This document shows positions 33,896-42,333 of a stretch of 64,000 nt of DNA, piece after piece. Source of the DNA: an uncultured Thermus sp. (lineage in GTDB: Bacteria > Deinococcota > Deinococci > Deinococcales > Thermaceae); assembly GCA_947085095.1 (NCBI GenBank), contig CAMTVD010000018.1:59074-123073 (forward strand), in the 5' to 3' direction. Below the pieces are notes generated by a model. It was not told where the DNA came from. It did not search any database and saw only the letters and a program-made list of their open reading frames with translations. How positions within the stretch are numbered: position 1 is the first letter of the stretch; each line of letters opens with the position of its first letter. The position numbers were made by a program, and so were the translations under genes.

Positions 33896-34657
33896 TTAGA
33901 GACCCAGTCCTTGCCACTGGCCCACGAGGACCAGGAGGGCCCTCAGGCCAGCTGCCGAAACCAGCCCCAGCCACGGGGCGAGGCCTTTGCCGAAGAAGGC
34001 TCCAAGGCCCAGGGCCAAGAGGAGGCCGTAGGCGATGCCCCCCTCCTCCAGGAAGTGGGCCCGGGCCTCCGCGCTCAGGCTAAAGGGGTAGAGGGCGGCC
34101 AGGAAGAGGGCCAGGCCCAAAAAGCTCTGGAAGGGAAGCCTCGCCCAGGCCTGCTTGAGGAGGATGGCCAGCCCCAGGCCCAAAGCCAGGGCGGTGATGG
34201 GGAAGAGGGCCAGCATGAGGGCGTTCCAGAGGGGACGGTTCAGGTTCACCGCCAGGGCCAGGCCAGGGTAGGCCAGGGCCACCAGGCTGGCTACCAGGAA
34301 GACCCATTTGAGCGCCTCCTTAGGGCCCCGGTTCAGGTGGAGGAGGCCCCCGCTCAGGAAGGCCAGGGCCAACCCCCAGGCTCCCCACCAGATGGGGCTT
34401 TGCGGGTGGAAGGTGAGGAAGAGCCAGACGTGGGTGAAGCGGAAGCGGGCGGGGCTTTCCGCCCAGAGGACGAAGAGGTCCAAGGCGATGAGGCCCAGGG
34501 CCACGAGGGTGAAGAAGCGGGCCTCCTTGGCGTTTTGCAGGTGGAGAAGAGCGGCCAAAAAGGCCACACCCCCCGCCAGGCCCACCAGGATGAAGTGGAG
34601 GGCGTTGGTCCAGTGCCAGAACTCTCCGGCGTTGGGCAGGCCGTAGAACTCAGTCAT
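33896..34657 (-). CDS. psrC: Polysulfide reductase membrane subunit (NrfD family)
   Basis: MTEFYGLPNA.EFWHWTNALHF, about 8 TM segments, SPIWWGAW. Confidence 0.9.
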   Translation of the reverse strand: MTEFYGLPNAGEFWHWTNALHFILVGLAGGVAFLAALLHLQNAKEARFFTLVALGLIALDLFVLWAESPARFRFTHVWLFLTFHPQSPIWWGAWGLALAFLSGGLLHLNRGPKEALKWVFLVASLVALAYPGLALAVNLNRPLWNALMLALFPITALALGLGLAILLKQAWARLPFQSFLGLALFLAALYPFSLSAEARAHFLEEGGIAYGLLLALGLGAFFGKGLAPWLGLVSAAGLRALLVLVGQWQGLGL

Positions 34658-35237
34658 GGTGCACCTCGCTTTCCCGGGTGAGCCCCTTCTTGGAAGGGGC
34701 GTTCAGGTAGAAGAGCTTGGGCTCGGTGCCCAGCTCGGGCCTGAGGACGTCCACTCGCAAAGCCTCCTTCAGCACCTTCACTACGGGGCTTTCCGGGTCG
34801 TCCAGATCGCCGAAGGCCCGGCAGCCCGTGGGGCAGGTTTCCACGCAGGCGGGAAGCCTCCCCTTCTCCAGGCGGTGCTGGCAGAAGGTGCACTTGTCCA
34901 CGTACCCGGCGGGGTGCAGGTAGCGGGCCTCGTAGGGGCAGGCGGCCACGCAGGCCCCGCAGGCGATGCACTTCTTCGGGTCCACCAGGACCAGGCCGTC
35001 CTTGGTCTGGTAGCTGGCCCCTGTGGGGCAGACGGGCACGCAGGGGGGGTTGGCGCAGTGGAGACACTGCTCGGGGCGGAACTCCACGGTGAGGTCGGGA
35101 AAGACCCCCAGCTCCCGCTCCCGGATCCAGAGGCGGTGGACCCCAGGGGGAACCTCGTTTTCCATCTTGCAGGCCACGGCGCAGGCGGCGCAGCCCACGC
35201 AGAGGCTTAGGTCTATGGTCATAGCGTAGCGGGGCAT
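34650..35237 (-). CDS. psrB: Polysulfide reductase 4x[4Fe-4S] subunit
   Basis: CVGCAACAVAC, CLHCANPPCVPVCP, CIACGACVAACP, CTFC...PACVETCP. Confidence 0.93.
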   Translation of the reverse strand: MPRYAMTIDLSLCVGCAACAVACKMENEVPPGVHRLWIRERELGVFPDLTVEFRPEQCLHCANPPCVPVCPTGASYQTKDGLVLVDPKKCIACGACVAACPYEARYLHPAGYVDKCTFCQHRLEKGRLPACVETCPTGCRAFGDLDDPESPVVKVLKEALRVDVLRPELGTEPKLFYLNAPSKKGLTRESEVHHD

Positions 35238-37534
35238 CACATCCTCCTTTCGTCAAAGGGGCGCTTGGCCAGGGAGGTGAGGGAGGGAAGGTTGGGTTTC
35301 TTGGCCTTCTCCAGGCGGACGAAGTTCACCCTGAGGCCCGCTCCGCCGGAGATGGGGTCCAGCTTGTAGCGGGTCTGGAGGTAGTTGTCCGAGGCTCCCC
35401 GGCCGTGGGCCACCTTCATCAGGGGAGCCTTGTGGCCGAAGCCGTGGACCAGGTAGACGCAGTCCTTGCGAATCCTTTCCGTGGCCTTGACCTTCACCGG
35501 GCCCTCCTTGACCCCGTCCTGGTTGATGAGGTAGGCGTAGTCCCCGTTCTTCAGGCCCAGCCTCCGGGCCTCCTCGGTGTGGATCCAGACCTCGTTCTCG
35601 GGGTCCATTTCCATGAGGACCCAGTTGTTCTGGGTGCGGGCGAAGGTGTGCACGGGGCTTCTGCCGTAGAGGAGGCGGTAGAAGCCCTCCGGGGGCGGCT
35701 CAGGCGGGGTGTAGACGGGGAGGGGGTGGTGGCCCGCCTCCTTGAACCTCTGGCAGTAAAGCTCAATCTTCCCCGAGGCGGTCCCGAAGGGCAGGCGGCC
35801 CTCCTTTTCCCAGTCCTCCAGCCAGGGCTTGCCCTTCTGCACCAGGGTGCCCAGGGACTTCATGGTCTCCAGGTCAAAGCCGATGCTCTGGAGGCGGGTG
35901 TCCAGGTACTCCTCAATGGTCTGCCAGGGGAAGTAGGCCTCTAGGCCCAGCCGGATCCCCAGCTCCCGGGCGATCCACCATCCCGGCTTGGTGTCAAAGA
36001 GGGGCTCGTGGGCGGGGACCCTGAGCTGGATGAAGGGGGTCTTGTGGGCCACGGTCACCAGATCGTCGTAGCGCTCCAGGTAGGTGGCCTCGGGGAGGAT
36101 CACGTCCGCCCACATCACGTGCTCCTGGGGCAGGACGTCTATGGCCACATAGAGGTCCAGCTTCTTCAGGGCCTCCTTGGTGCGGGGCACGTTGGGGATG
36201 GCATGGAAGAGGTTGATGCCGTAGGCGATGAGCCCCTTGATGGGGTAGGGTTCCCCGCTGATCATGGGCTCAATGAGCTCCTGGATGGCGGTGGTGCGGG
36301 CGAAGAACTTCCCCTTGTCGGCCCGGGGCCTGAAGCCCTCGGGTTCCTGGTCCCCGCCCGCAGGCCCCGCGCACCCCCCAGCGGCGGGCTCCAGGGGCAG
36401 GGGGGGCGTGGGGTACTTCTCCAGGTAGGGGCTTTGGGCGATGTAGAAGCCACCTGGCCGCCCGTAGTTGCCCAGGAGGACGTTCACGTAGTAGAGGGCC
36501 ATCATCCGGTAGGTGTCGTCCCCGTACCAGACGGTATGCCGCGTGGGGGGAAGGACGGCCTTGGGTTTGTGGGCGGCCATCTCCCGGGCCACGTCCCGGA
36601 TCACCTGGGCGGGGATCTCGGTCTCCTTCTCCGCCCACTCGGGGGTGAAGTCCTTCGCGTGGGCCTTGAGCTCCTCAAAGCCCGTGGTGTACTTGGCCAC
36701 GTATTCCTTGTCGTAGAGGTCCTCGTAGATGAGGACGTGGATCCAGGCCAAAAGCAGGGCGGTGTCCGTGCCGGGCTTGATGGGAAGCCAGCGGTGGGCC
36801 TTGGCGGCGGCGGTGGAGAAGCGGGGGTCTACCATCACCACCTTGGCCCCGTTCTTCAGGGCCCGGGCGAAGTCCTGGAGCTGGGTGTTGTGGGTGTCCT
36901 CCCCGATGTGGTGCCCGATGAGGACGATGTAGCGGGCGTTCTCCCAGTCTATGGGCTCATGCCCGCCGATGGGGCGGCCGAAGACCCACTGGGAGGCCAC
37001 TTCCCTGGGAGCGGTGCAGATGGCCACGGAGGGCTTGGCGGCGTTGGGGCTTCCCCAGGCGGCGGGGAGGAAGTCCACGAACCAGTAATCCCCCGTGCCG
37101 TGGCCGAAGAAGGCGATGGCCTCGGTGCCGTACTGCTCCTTGATGGCCAGCATCTTCTGGGCCACGTAGTCCAGGGCCTCTTCCCAGGTGGCCACCCGGT
37201 ACTTCCCTTCCCCCCGCTCAGACCCCTCCACGCGGATGAGGGGGCGTTTCAGCCGGTCCGGGTCGTAGGTGGTCTGGGGCGCACCCTGGCCCCTGGGGCA
37301 GAGCATCCCCCGGCTTTTGGGGTTGGCCTCGTACCCCTCCACCTTGTAGACCCGGTTGCCCACGGCGTGGGCCACGATGCCGCATCGCCAGAAGCACCCC
37401 TCGCAGATCTGGTACACGCTCTTGACTTCCTTGGCGTACCAGGGGGCGCGGGCTGCTTTGGCGGGGCCGCTTCCCCTGAGGGCCAGGGCTCCGGCGCCTA
37501 GGGCGCTAAGCTTGAGAAACTCCCGTCTTTGCAT
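35237..37534 (-). CDS. psrA: Polysulfide/thiosulfate reductase Mo-bisPGD catalytic subunit
   Basis: Tat motif QRREFLK, CEGCFWRC...LCPRG Fe-S motif, probable Mo-ligand Cys in VAICTAPR, ADVILP.ATYLER. Confidence 0.92.
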   Translation of the reverse strand: MQRREFLKLSALGAGALALRGSGPAKAARAPWYAKEVKSVYQICEGCFWRCGIVAHAVGNRVYKVEGYEANPKSRGMLCPRGQGAPQTTYDPDRLKRPLIRVEGSERGEGKYRVATWEEALDYVAQKMLAIKEQYGTEAIAFFGHGTGDYWFVDFLPAAWGSPNAAKPSVAICTAPREVASQWVFGRPIGGHEPIDWENARYIVLIGHHIGEDTHNTQLQDFARALKNGAKVVMVDPRFSTAAAKAHRWLPIKPGTDTALLLAWIHVLIYEDLYDKEYVAKYTTGFEELKAHAKDFTPEWAEKETEIPAQVIRDVAREMAAHKPKAVLPPTRHTVWYGDDTYRMMALYYVNVLLGNYGRPGGFYIAQSPYLEKYPTPPLPLEPAAGGCAGPAGGDQEPEGFRPRADKGKFFARTTAIQELIEPMISGEPYPIKGLIAYGINLFHAIPNVPRTKEALKKLDLYVAIDVLPQEHVMWADVILPEATYLERYDDLVTVAHKTPFIQLRVPAHEPLFDTKPGWWIARELGIRLGLEAYFPWQTIEEYLDTRLQSIGFDLETMKSLGTLVQKGKPWLEDWEKEGRLPFGTASGKIELYCQRFKEAGHHPLPVYTPPEPPPEGFYRLLYGRSPVHTFARTQNNWVLMEMDPENEVWIHTEEARRLGLKNGDYAYLINQDGVKEGPVKVKATERIRKDCVYLVHGFGHKAPLMKVAHGRGASDNYLQTRYKLDPISGGAGLRVNFVRLEKAKKPNLPSLTSLAKRPFDERRM

Positions 37535-38033
37535 GGATGACCTCCGCTAAAAGGTCCACTGCGTGGGCGTAGAAGCCGGTGGCGTCTTGGGCTTTGACCG
37601 TCTCGCCAAAGCGCTTTAACCAGGGGTGGAGGAACTCCCGGGCTAGCCTCTCCGCCAGGTCCGGACGCTTGGGGGCCAGAAGGGCCATGGCCTCTCCCAA
37701 GGCGGCCAGGTGGTCCGGCAGGTCCCGCCAGGTTTCCCGCACCTCGAGGCCCCCCTCCCGGTAGATTTCCAGAAGCGCGTGGTAGGAAGGGCCCAAGAGC
37801 ACCCCATCCCGGGCGTAGCCCGCGTAGGGCGGGGCCGGAACCCCTTGGGGGTTGGTGACGAACAGGGCGGTGTAGGCCTCCTGTAGGGCGGGGAGGGGGG
37901 GGTGGGGGAGGGTGACCGGGGCCCCCTTGAGCTCGCTGAAGGCCTCTTCCAGGGTACCCCCTTGGAGCTCCTGCCAAAGGGCTTCCCCAGGGGGAGCGAA
38001 GAGACCGGCCACTACCCAACCCAGGAGTTCCAT
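37506..38033 (-). CDS. TorD/DmsD-family molybdoenzyme chaperone
   Basis: Y.ALF, PPY...Y, LPDHL...E, F...HL.PW; GGAGG RBS; overlaps the psrA start. Confidence 0.85.
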   Translation of the reverse strand: MELLGWVVAGLFAPPGEALWQELQGGTLEEAFSELKGAPVTLPHPPLPALQEAYTALFVTNPQGVPAPPYAGYARDGVLLGPSYHALLEIYREGGLEVRETWRDLPDHLAALGEAMALLAPKRPDLAERLAREFLHPWLKRFGETVKAQDATGFYAHAVDLLAEVIHAKTGVSQA

Positions 38034-38103
38034 GCCTCACCTCCTGGGTTTAGGTTAGTGATTGCCCACTCTTTCACAAGACAGAGGGCTTCCGCTCCAC
38101 CTG

Positions 38104-38118
38104 TAGGAAGGCTTCCTA
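38104..38118. promoter_or_regulatory. Palindromic candidate response-regulator operator upstream of the psr operon
   Basis: Perfect 7-1-7 inverted repeat TAGGAAG-G-CTTCCTA, about 25 nt upstream of a minus-strand TTGTGA-N16-TAACCT promoter-like pair. Confidence 0.5.
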
Positions 38119-38130
38119 AGGCAAATGTCC

Positions 38131-38727
38131 CTAGGCCAGGCCCTGCTCCCGGGCCCAGCGCACCAGCTCCGGGGTGTCCATGAGGCCCAGCTTGTTGAGG
38201 GCCCGCTGCTTGTAGGTGGAGGCGGTTTTCACGGAAACCCCCAGCTTCTCCGCCGCCTGGGAGAGGGTGTAGCCCTGGGCTAGGAGGGCCACCACCGCCC
38301 GCTCCCGCTCGGAGAGGACCTCGAGGCCAGGAGTGGTCTGGGCCTCCAAGAGGGCCTCGGTGAGGCTCGGGTGCAGGTAGCGGAGGCCCTTTTCCAGCCG
38401 CTCCAGGGCCTCGAGGAGGTCCTGGTCCAGGGCGTGCTTGGGCAGGTACCCCTTGGCCCCCAGCTGGAAGGCCCGGGCCACGTAGGCGGGCTCGTCGTGC
38501 ATGGAGACCACCAGGACCTTGCCCCTTTGGGACAGCTCGGGCAGGGCCTCGAGGCCCCCCATCCCGGGGAGGTTCAGGTCCAGGAGGACCACGTCCGCTT
38601 CCCAAGGGGCCTTTAGGGCCTCCTCGGCCCGGCCGTACTCGGCCACCACCTCGTGTCCCTCTTCCTCCAAAAGGAGCCGGAGGCCTTTGCGCACCAGGTG
38701 GTGGTCCTCCACCAGCACCACCCTCAT
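38131..38727 (-). CDS. NarL/FixJ-family response regulator
   Basis: VEDH, phospho-Asp in LLDL, GYLPK, LuxR-type HTH LS.RE.....LAQG....A..L.VS.KT. Confidence 0.93.
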   Translation of the reverse strand: MRVVLVEDHHLVRKGLRLLLEEEGHEVVAEYGRAEEALKAPWEADVVLLDLNLPGMGGLEALPELSQRGKVLVVSMHDEPAYVARAFQLGAKGYLPKHALDQDLLEALERLEKGLRYLHPSLTEALLEAQTTPGLEVLSERERAVVALLAQGYTLSQAAEKLGVSVKTASTYKQRALNKLGLMDTPELVRWAREQGLA

Positions 38728-39689
38728 AGGGGAACCCCGAACTCCACCCGGGTTCCTTGCCCAGGAGCTGAGCGCACGAACAGGCTTCCCCCCAGGCCCT
38801 GCACCCTCTCCTGCATGCCCAGTAGGCCTACAGAAGGAGGGGTTTCCCTGGGGTCAAAGCCCTGGCCATCGTCCTCCACCAGGCCAAAGAGCCTTTCCCC
38901 CTCAGGCCAAAGGGCCACTCTGACCCGCCTGGCCCTGGCGTGGCGCAGGACGTTGGTGAGGGCCTCCTGCACCACCCGGAAGATGGCCACCTCCTTTTCC
39001 TTGGGCAGGGAGGGAACCCGGAGGTCGGCCTCCACCTCTAGGCCATTTTTCCGGTATTCCTCCAGATAACGTCTAAGAGCCTCCTCGAGGCCCAGGTCGT
39101 CCAAAAGGGGCATGCGCAACTCCCGGGAAAGCCTCCGGACCTCCTCCAGGGCCTCGGCTACCTGGGCCCGGGCCTCGGGGAGCTTTTCTGGCCGCTTCTC
39201 CGCCACCTTGAGGGTGAGGAGGGCAGCGGTGAGGAGGCTCCCCACTCCATCGTGGAGCTCCCGCCCCACCCGGCGGCGCTCCTCCTCCTGGGCGCGGAGG
39301 AACCTGGCCGCCTGGCCCATGGCCGAGCGCTTCAGGGCCAGGAGGAGGAGGGCGGGAAGGGCCTCGGGAAGCCGGGCCCCCTCTTCCAGGCTGAGCACCA
39401 GAACCAGAAGGGGCTTGCCTCCCCGGCCTAGGGGGAGGGCCAGGAGGGAGTCCTGGGCCACCGGCTTTCCCGTGGACAGAGCCTTCTCCGCCAGGGCGCG
39501 GGAGTGCTCCACCAGGGGACAGCTGGTGCGGCAGGCCTGCATCTGGAAAAGGTGCAGGCCCTCCCCCACCCAGTAGGCTTCCCCACAGCGGAGGAGCCCT
39601 TTTCCCTCCAAAAAGGCCAGGGCCCGCCGGACCACCTCTTCCCGGGTCGGGGCCTCCAGCAAAGCCTCGGCCAGCTCCACACAGTCCAT
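38724..39689 (-). CDS. Soluble HisKA_3 sensor histidine kinase
   Basis: EERRRVGRELHDGVG H-box, FRVVQEALTNV.RHA, DDGQGF, GL.GM.ER; no clear TM segment. Confidence 0.9.
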   Translation of the reverse strand: MDCVELAEALLEAPTREEVVRRALAFLEGKGLLRCGEAYWVGEGLHLFQMQACRTSCPLVEHSRALAEKALSTGKPVAQDSLLALPLGRGGKPLLVLVLSLEEGARLPEALPALLLLALKRSAMGQAARFLRAQEEERRRVGRELHDGVGSLLTAALLTLKVAEKRPEKLPEARAQVAEALEEVRRLSRELRMPLLDDLGLEEALRRYLEEYRKNGLEVEADLRVPSLPKEKEVAIFRVVQEALTNVLRHARARRVRVALWPEGERLFGLVEDDGQGFDPRETPPSVGLLGMQERVQGLGGSLFVRSAPGQGTRVEFGVPL

Positions 39690-39728
39690 CCCCCTAAGCT
39701 TAGCCCTCTAGGGCGGGGAAGGTTGTCC

Positions 39729-40613
39729 TTAAAGCCCAAAGAAGCGCCGGGCCTCCTCCACGTCCTTGGCGATCTGGGCCTTTAGGTCCTCCAGGGAGGG
39801 AAAGGGCTTTTCTTCCCGTAGCCTCTTCAGGAAGCGCACCCGCATCTCCTCCCCGTAAAGCTCCCCGTAAAAGCCCAGGAGGTGGACCTCGAGGCGGCGC
39901 CCCTCCCCTCCCAGGGTGGGCCTCTGGCCTACGTTGGCCACGCCCTTGTACCGCCCGAAGGCCCCTTCCGCCTCCACCGCATAGACCCCAGGGGGGAGGA
40001 CCTTCAGGGGGTGGACCGCCAGGTTGGCGGTGGGGAAGCCCAGCCTCCGACCCACCTGGTCTCCGGGCACGACCACCCCGTAGGCGGTGTAGGGCCTTCC
40101 CAGGAGGTGGCGGGCCGCTTCCACCTGGCCCCTTTTGAGGAGGTCCCGGATGCGGCTACTCTTCACCGCCTCCCCTCCGAGTTCCAGGAGGGGGACCACC
40201 CGCACCGGGGCCACCCGCTCCAGGGCCTCCGGCGTCCCGGACCGCCCCTGGCCGAAGCGGAAGTCCTCCCCCACGTACAGGGCCTCGGCCCCCAGGGTCT
40301 TTAGGTCCCAAAGGAAGGACTCGGCGCTCCTCTTGGCGAACTCCTCGTTGAAGGGCACGGCCAGGATCAGCTCCACCCCCAAGGCCCTCAGGGCCTCCAC
40401 CTTCTCCTCGAGGTCCATGAGGAACCCCTCCCCCCGGGTGAAGACCTTGGTGGGGGGGTCAAAGGTGTAGACGAGGAGGGGCAGGCGCCGGTCCTTGGCC
40501 TCGGAAAGGGCCAGGTGCAGGAGGTGCTGGTGGCCCAGGTGCACCCCGTCAAAGGAGCCCACGGCCACCACCTTGGGCCCCTTGGGGACGTCAGCGACCT
40601 CGGAGAAAAGCAT
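39729..40613 (-). CDS. ribF: Bifunctional riboflavin kinase / FAD synthetase
   Basis: GSFDGVHLGHQ, VGEDFRFG, SSRIR, GFPTAN, RPT, EVHLL. Confidence 0.96.
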   Translation of the reverse strand: MLFSEVADVPKGPKVVAVGSFDGVHLGHQHLLHLALSEAKDRRLPLLVYTFDPPTKVFTRGEGFLMDLEEKVEALRALGVELILAVPFNEEFAKRSAESFLWDLKTLGAEALYVGEDFRFGQGRSGTPEALERVAPVRVVPLLELGGEAVKSSRIRDLLKRGQVEAARHLLGRPYTAYGVVVPGDQVGRRLGFPTANLAVHPLKVLPPGVYAVEAEGAFGRYKGVANVGQRPTLGGEGRRLEVHLLGFYGELYGEEMRVRFLKRLREEKPFPSLEDLKAQIAKDVEEARRFFGL

Positions 40614-41079
40614 GGTAGTAGAGGACCCCCACGATCCCCGTGGCCGAGAACTCCAGCTCGCCCCGCCGGTGCCGGAAAAGGGCCTCCTCAGGGGGCATCC
40701 AGACCACTTCTATCTCCTCGTTCTCATCGGGAATAGCCTGGGTTTCCTCCAGGTTCTCCGCCAGGAAGACGTGGGTCTTCTCGTCAGTGAAGCCGGGGGA
40801 GACGTAGTAGCTGAAGAGGTAGGTGAGGTCCCCCTTCAAGCCCGTTTCCTCGGCCAGCTCCCGCCTGGCCGCCTCCAAGGGGTCCTCCCCCGGTTCTATG
40901 AGCCCGGCGGGGATCTCCAAGGGGGCCAGGCCCAGGGCGGGGCGCATCTGGCGCACGAAGAGCATCTTCCCCTCCTTCAGGGCGATGACGGCCACGGCGG
41001 GCTTGTGCTCCACGATCTCGTAAGGGCCCTGAAGGGCCAGGTTCAGGATGCGGCCCCGGTAGAGGTAGGTGCGTTCCAC
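40591..41079 (-). CDS. Nudix hydrolase, ADP-ribose pyrophosphatase type
   Basis: Nudix box G.IEPGEDPLEAARRELAEETGL and SPGFTDE loop. Confidence 0.92.
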   Translation of the reverse strand: MERTYLYRGRILNLALQGPYEIVEHKPAVAVIALKEGKMLFVRQMRPALGLAPLEIPAGLIEPGEDPLEAARRELAEETGLKGDLTYLFSYYVSPGFTDEKTHVFLAENLEETQAIPDENEEIEVVWMPPEEALFRHRRGELEFSATGIVGVLYYHAFLRGR

Positions 41080-41098
41080 GCCCCCATGTTACGGGAAA

Positions 41099-41121
41099 CC
41101 CGGGGCCCCTGGGGCCCCGGG
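41099..41121 (-). terminator. Probable terminator after the multiheme cytochrome gene
   Basis: CCCGGGGCCC-N3-GGGCCCCGGG stem; TTT follows on the minus strand. Confidence 0.6.
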
Positions 41122-41138
41122 GCGGCCTTGCATCTTTA

Positions 41139-42251
41139 CTAGAGAGAGTTCAGGGTAGCCAGGAGCACCTGGCGGGTGTACGTGGGGTTATGCACCCCCT
41201 TGGAGCGGTCGTTCTGGATGAGGAGGTAGTTCCAGGCGGCCCGCACCACCGGGTCCTTGGTGGGGAAGACGGGCTGGCCCTTCTCGTCCCGGATGTCCGC
41301 CAGCTGGCTGTACAGCTCGCTCCCGTCCGTGAGGGTCATCTTGAAGGCGACCTGCCCGGCGATGGAGAGGATGTCCACCCGGTACACCGGGGCCCTCACC
41401 GCCACGTTGGGGGTGAACTGGCCGTTTTCTGGGTTGTAGGCCCGTACGGTCTTGATGCGGTCCCGCACCGCCAGCACCCGGGCGTTCACCTTGACCCGGA
41501 CCAGGGAGAGGAGGTGGTCGGTGTTCTCCTGGACCATCTCCTTGGTGTACTTGGCCCCGTGGCAGGAGGAGCAGAGGTTCTCCGGCGTCTTGAAGGTGTG
41601 GCTCGTGTACTCCCCGGTGCCTGCCAGGCTCATGTGGCAGGTGGAGCAGGCGCTGCCCGTGAAGAAGGCGTGGGGGTTGGGCCACTCCCGGGTGTCGTCC
41701 ACGAAGTAGGCGTTCTTGCCCAGGAGCACGTCCCCCTGGCTCGAGGCGTGGGGAGAGGTGTAGCGGCCCGGGTCCTCCGCATTCCAGGTGATGCGGCCGT
41801 TACGGGTGTTGTGACAGGCGATGCAGAGGGCGGCGCTCCCCACCGCCGTGGCCTTGAAGCCAGCGGGGAGCATGGGGGTGTCGTGGACCAGGCGCAGGTC
41901 CCCGTCCTCGTCGTGGCAGGCCTTGCAGGTGATGGGCTTCACCTGGTCGCGGGTAAGGCCCAAGCCCCTCAGGTAATCCACGGTGGCCGGTCTGCCGTCG
42001 GGACCCACCAGGTTGCCGGGATTCCCCTTCTTGAGCTGGTCCAGCCAGGCCAAAAAGCCCTGCTCGCTGTGGCAGCGGGCACAGTGGGCCGCCCCTTCGC
42101 CCCGGGCTTCCACCGTGGCCACGGTCAGGGTCTTGGCCCCCATGTCGCGGTTGTTGTGGCCGCTTCGCTCCCACTCCCGCTGCATGGCCTCCTTGCTGGA
42201 GAAGGCCACCATGAGGCCAAGGGCTAGGAGGGCCAGTACCGCTTTCTTCAT
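41139..42251 (-). CDS. Exported pentaheme cytochrome c (NrfA/OcwA-like core)
   Basis: Signal peptide MKKAVLALLALGLMVAFS; five CxxCH motifs (CARCH, CKACH, CIACH, CSTCH, CSSCH); C-terminal AAWNY...D.S.GVHNP.Y. Confidence 0.85.
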   Translation of the reverse strand: MKKAVLALLALGLMVAFSSKEAMQREWERSGHNNRDMGAKTLTVATVEARGEGAAHCARCHSEQGFLAWLDQLKKGNPGNLVGPDGRPATVDYLRGLGLTRDQVKPITCKACHDEDGDLRLVHDTPMLPAGFKATAVGSAALCIACHNTRNGRITWNAEDPGRYTSPHASSQGDVLLGKNAYFVDDTREWPNPHAFFTGSACSTCHMSLAGTGEYTSHTFKTPENLCSSCHGAKYTKEMVQENTDHLLSLVRVKVNARVLAVRDRIKTVRAYNPENGQFTPNVAVRAPVYRVDILSIAGQVAFKMTLTDGSELYSQLADIRDEKGQPVFPTKDPVVRAAWNYLLIQNDRSKGVHNPTYTRQVLLATLNSL

Positions 42252-42333
42252 ATGGGTCACCCCCTTACAGGGTGCAGTACACACCCTTACCACCGCTTTA
42301 GTCAAGGGTAATATGTCCCGCTAAACTGGGGCC

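Noticed and set aside
42252..42333. Inverted repeat AGGGTG-N7-CACCCT upstream of the pentaheme cytochrome as an operator
   Set aside because: Only 6-bp arms in GC-rich DNA and no match to the psr palindrome; cannot be told from chance by eye.
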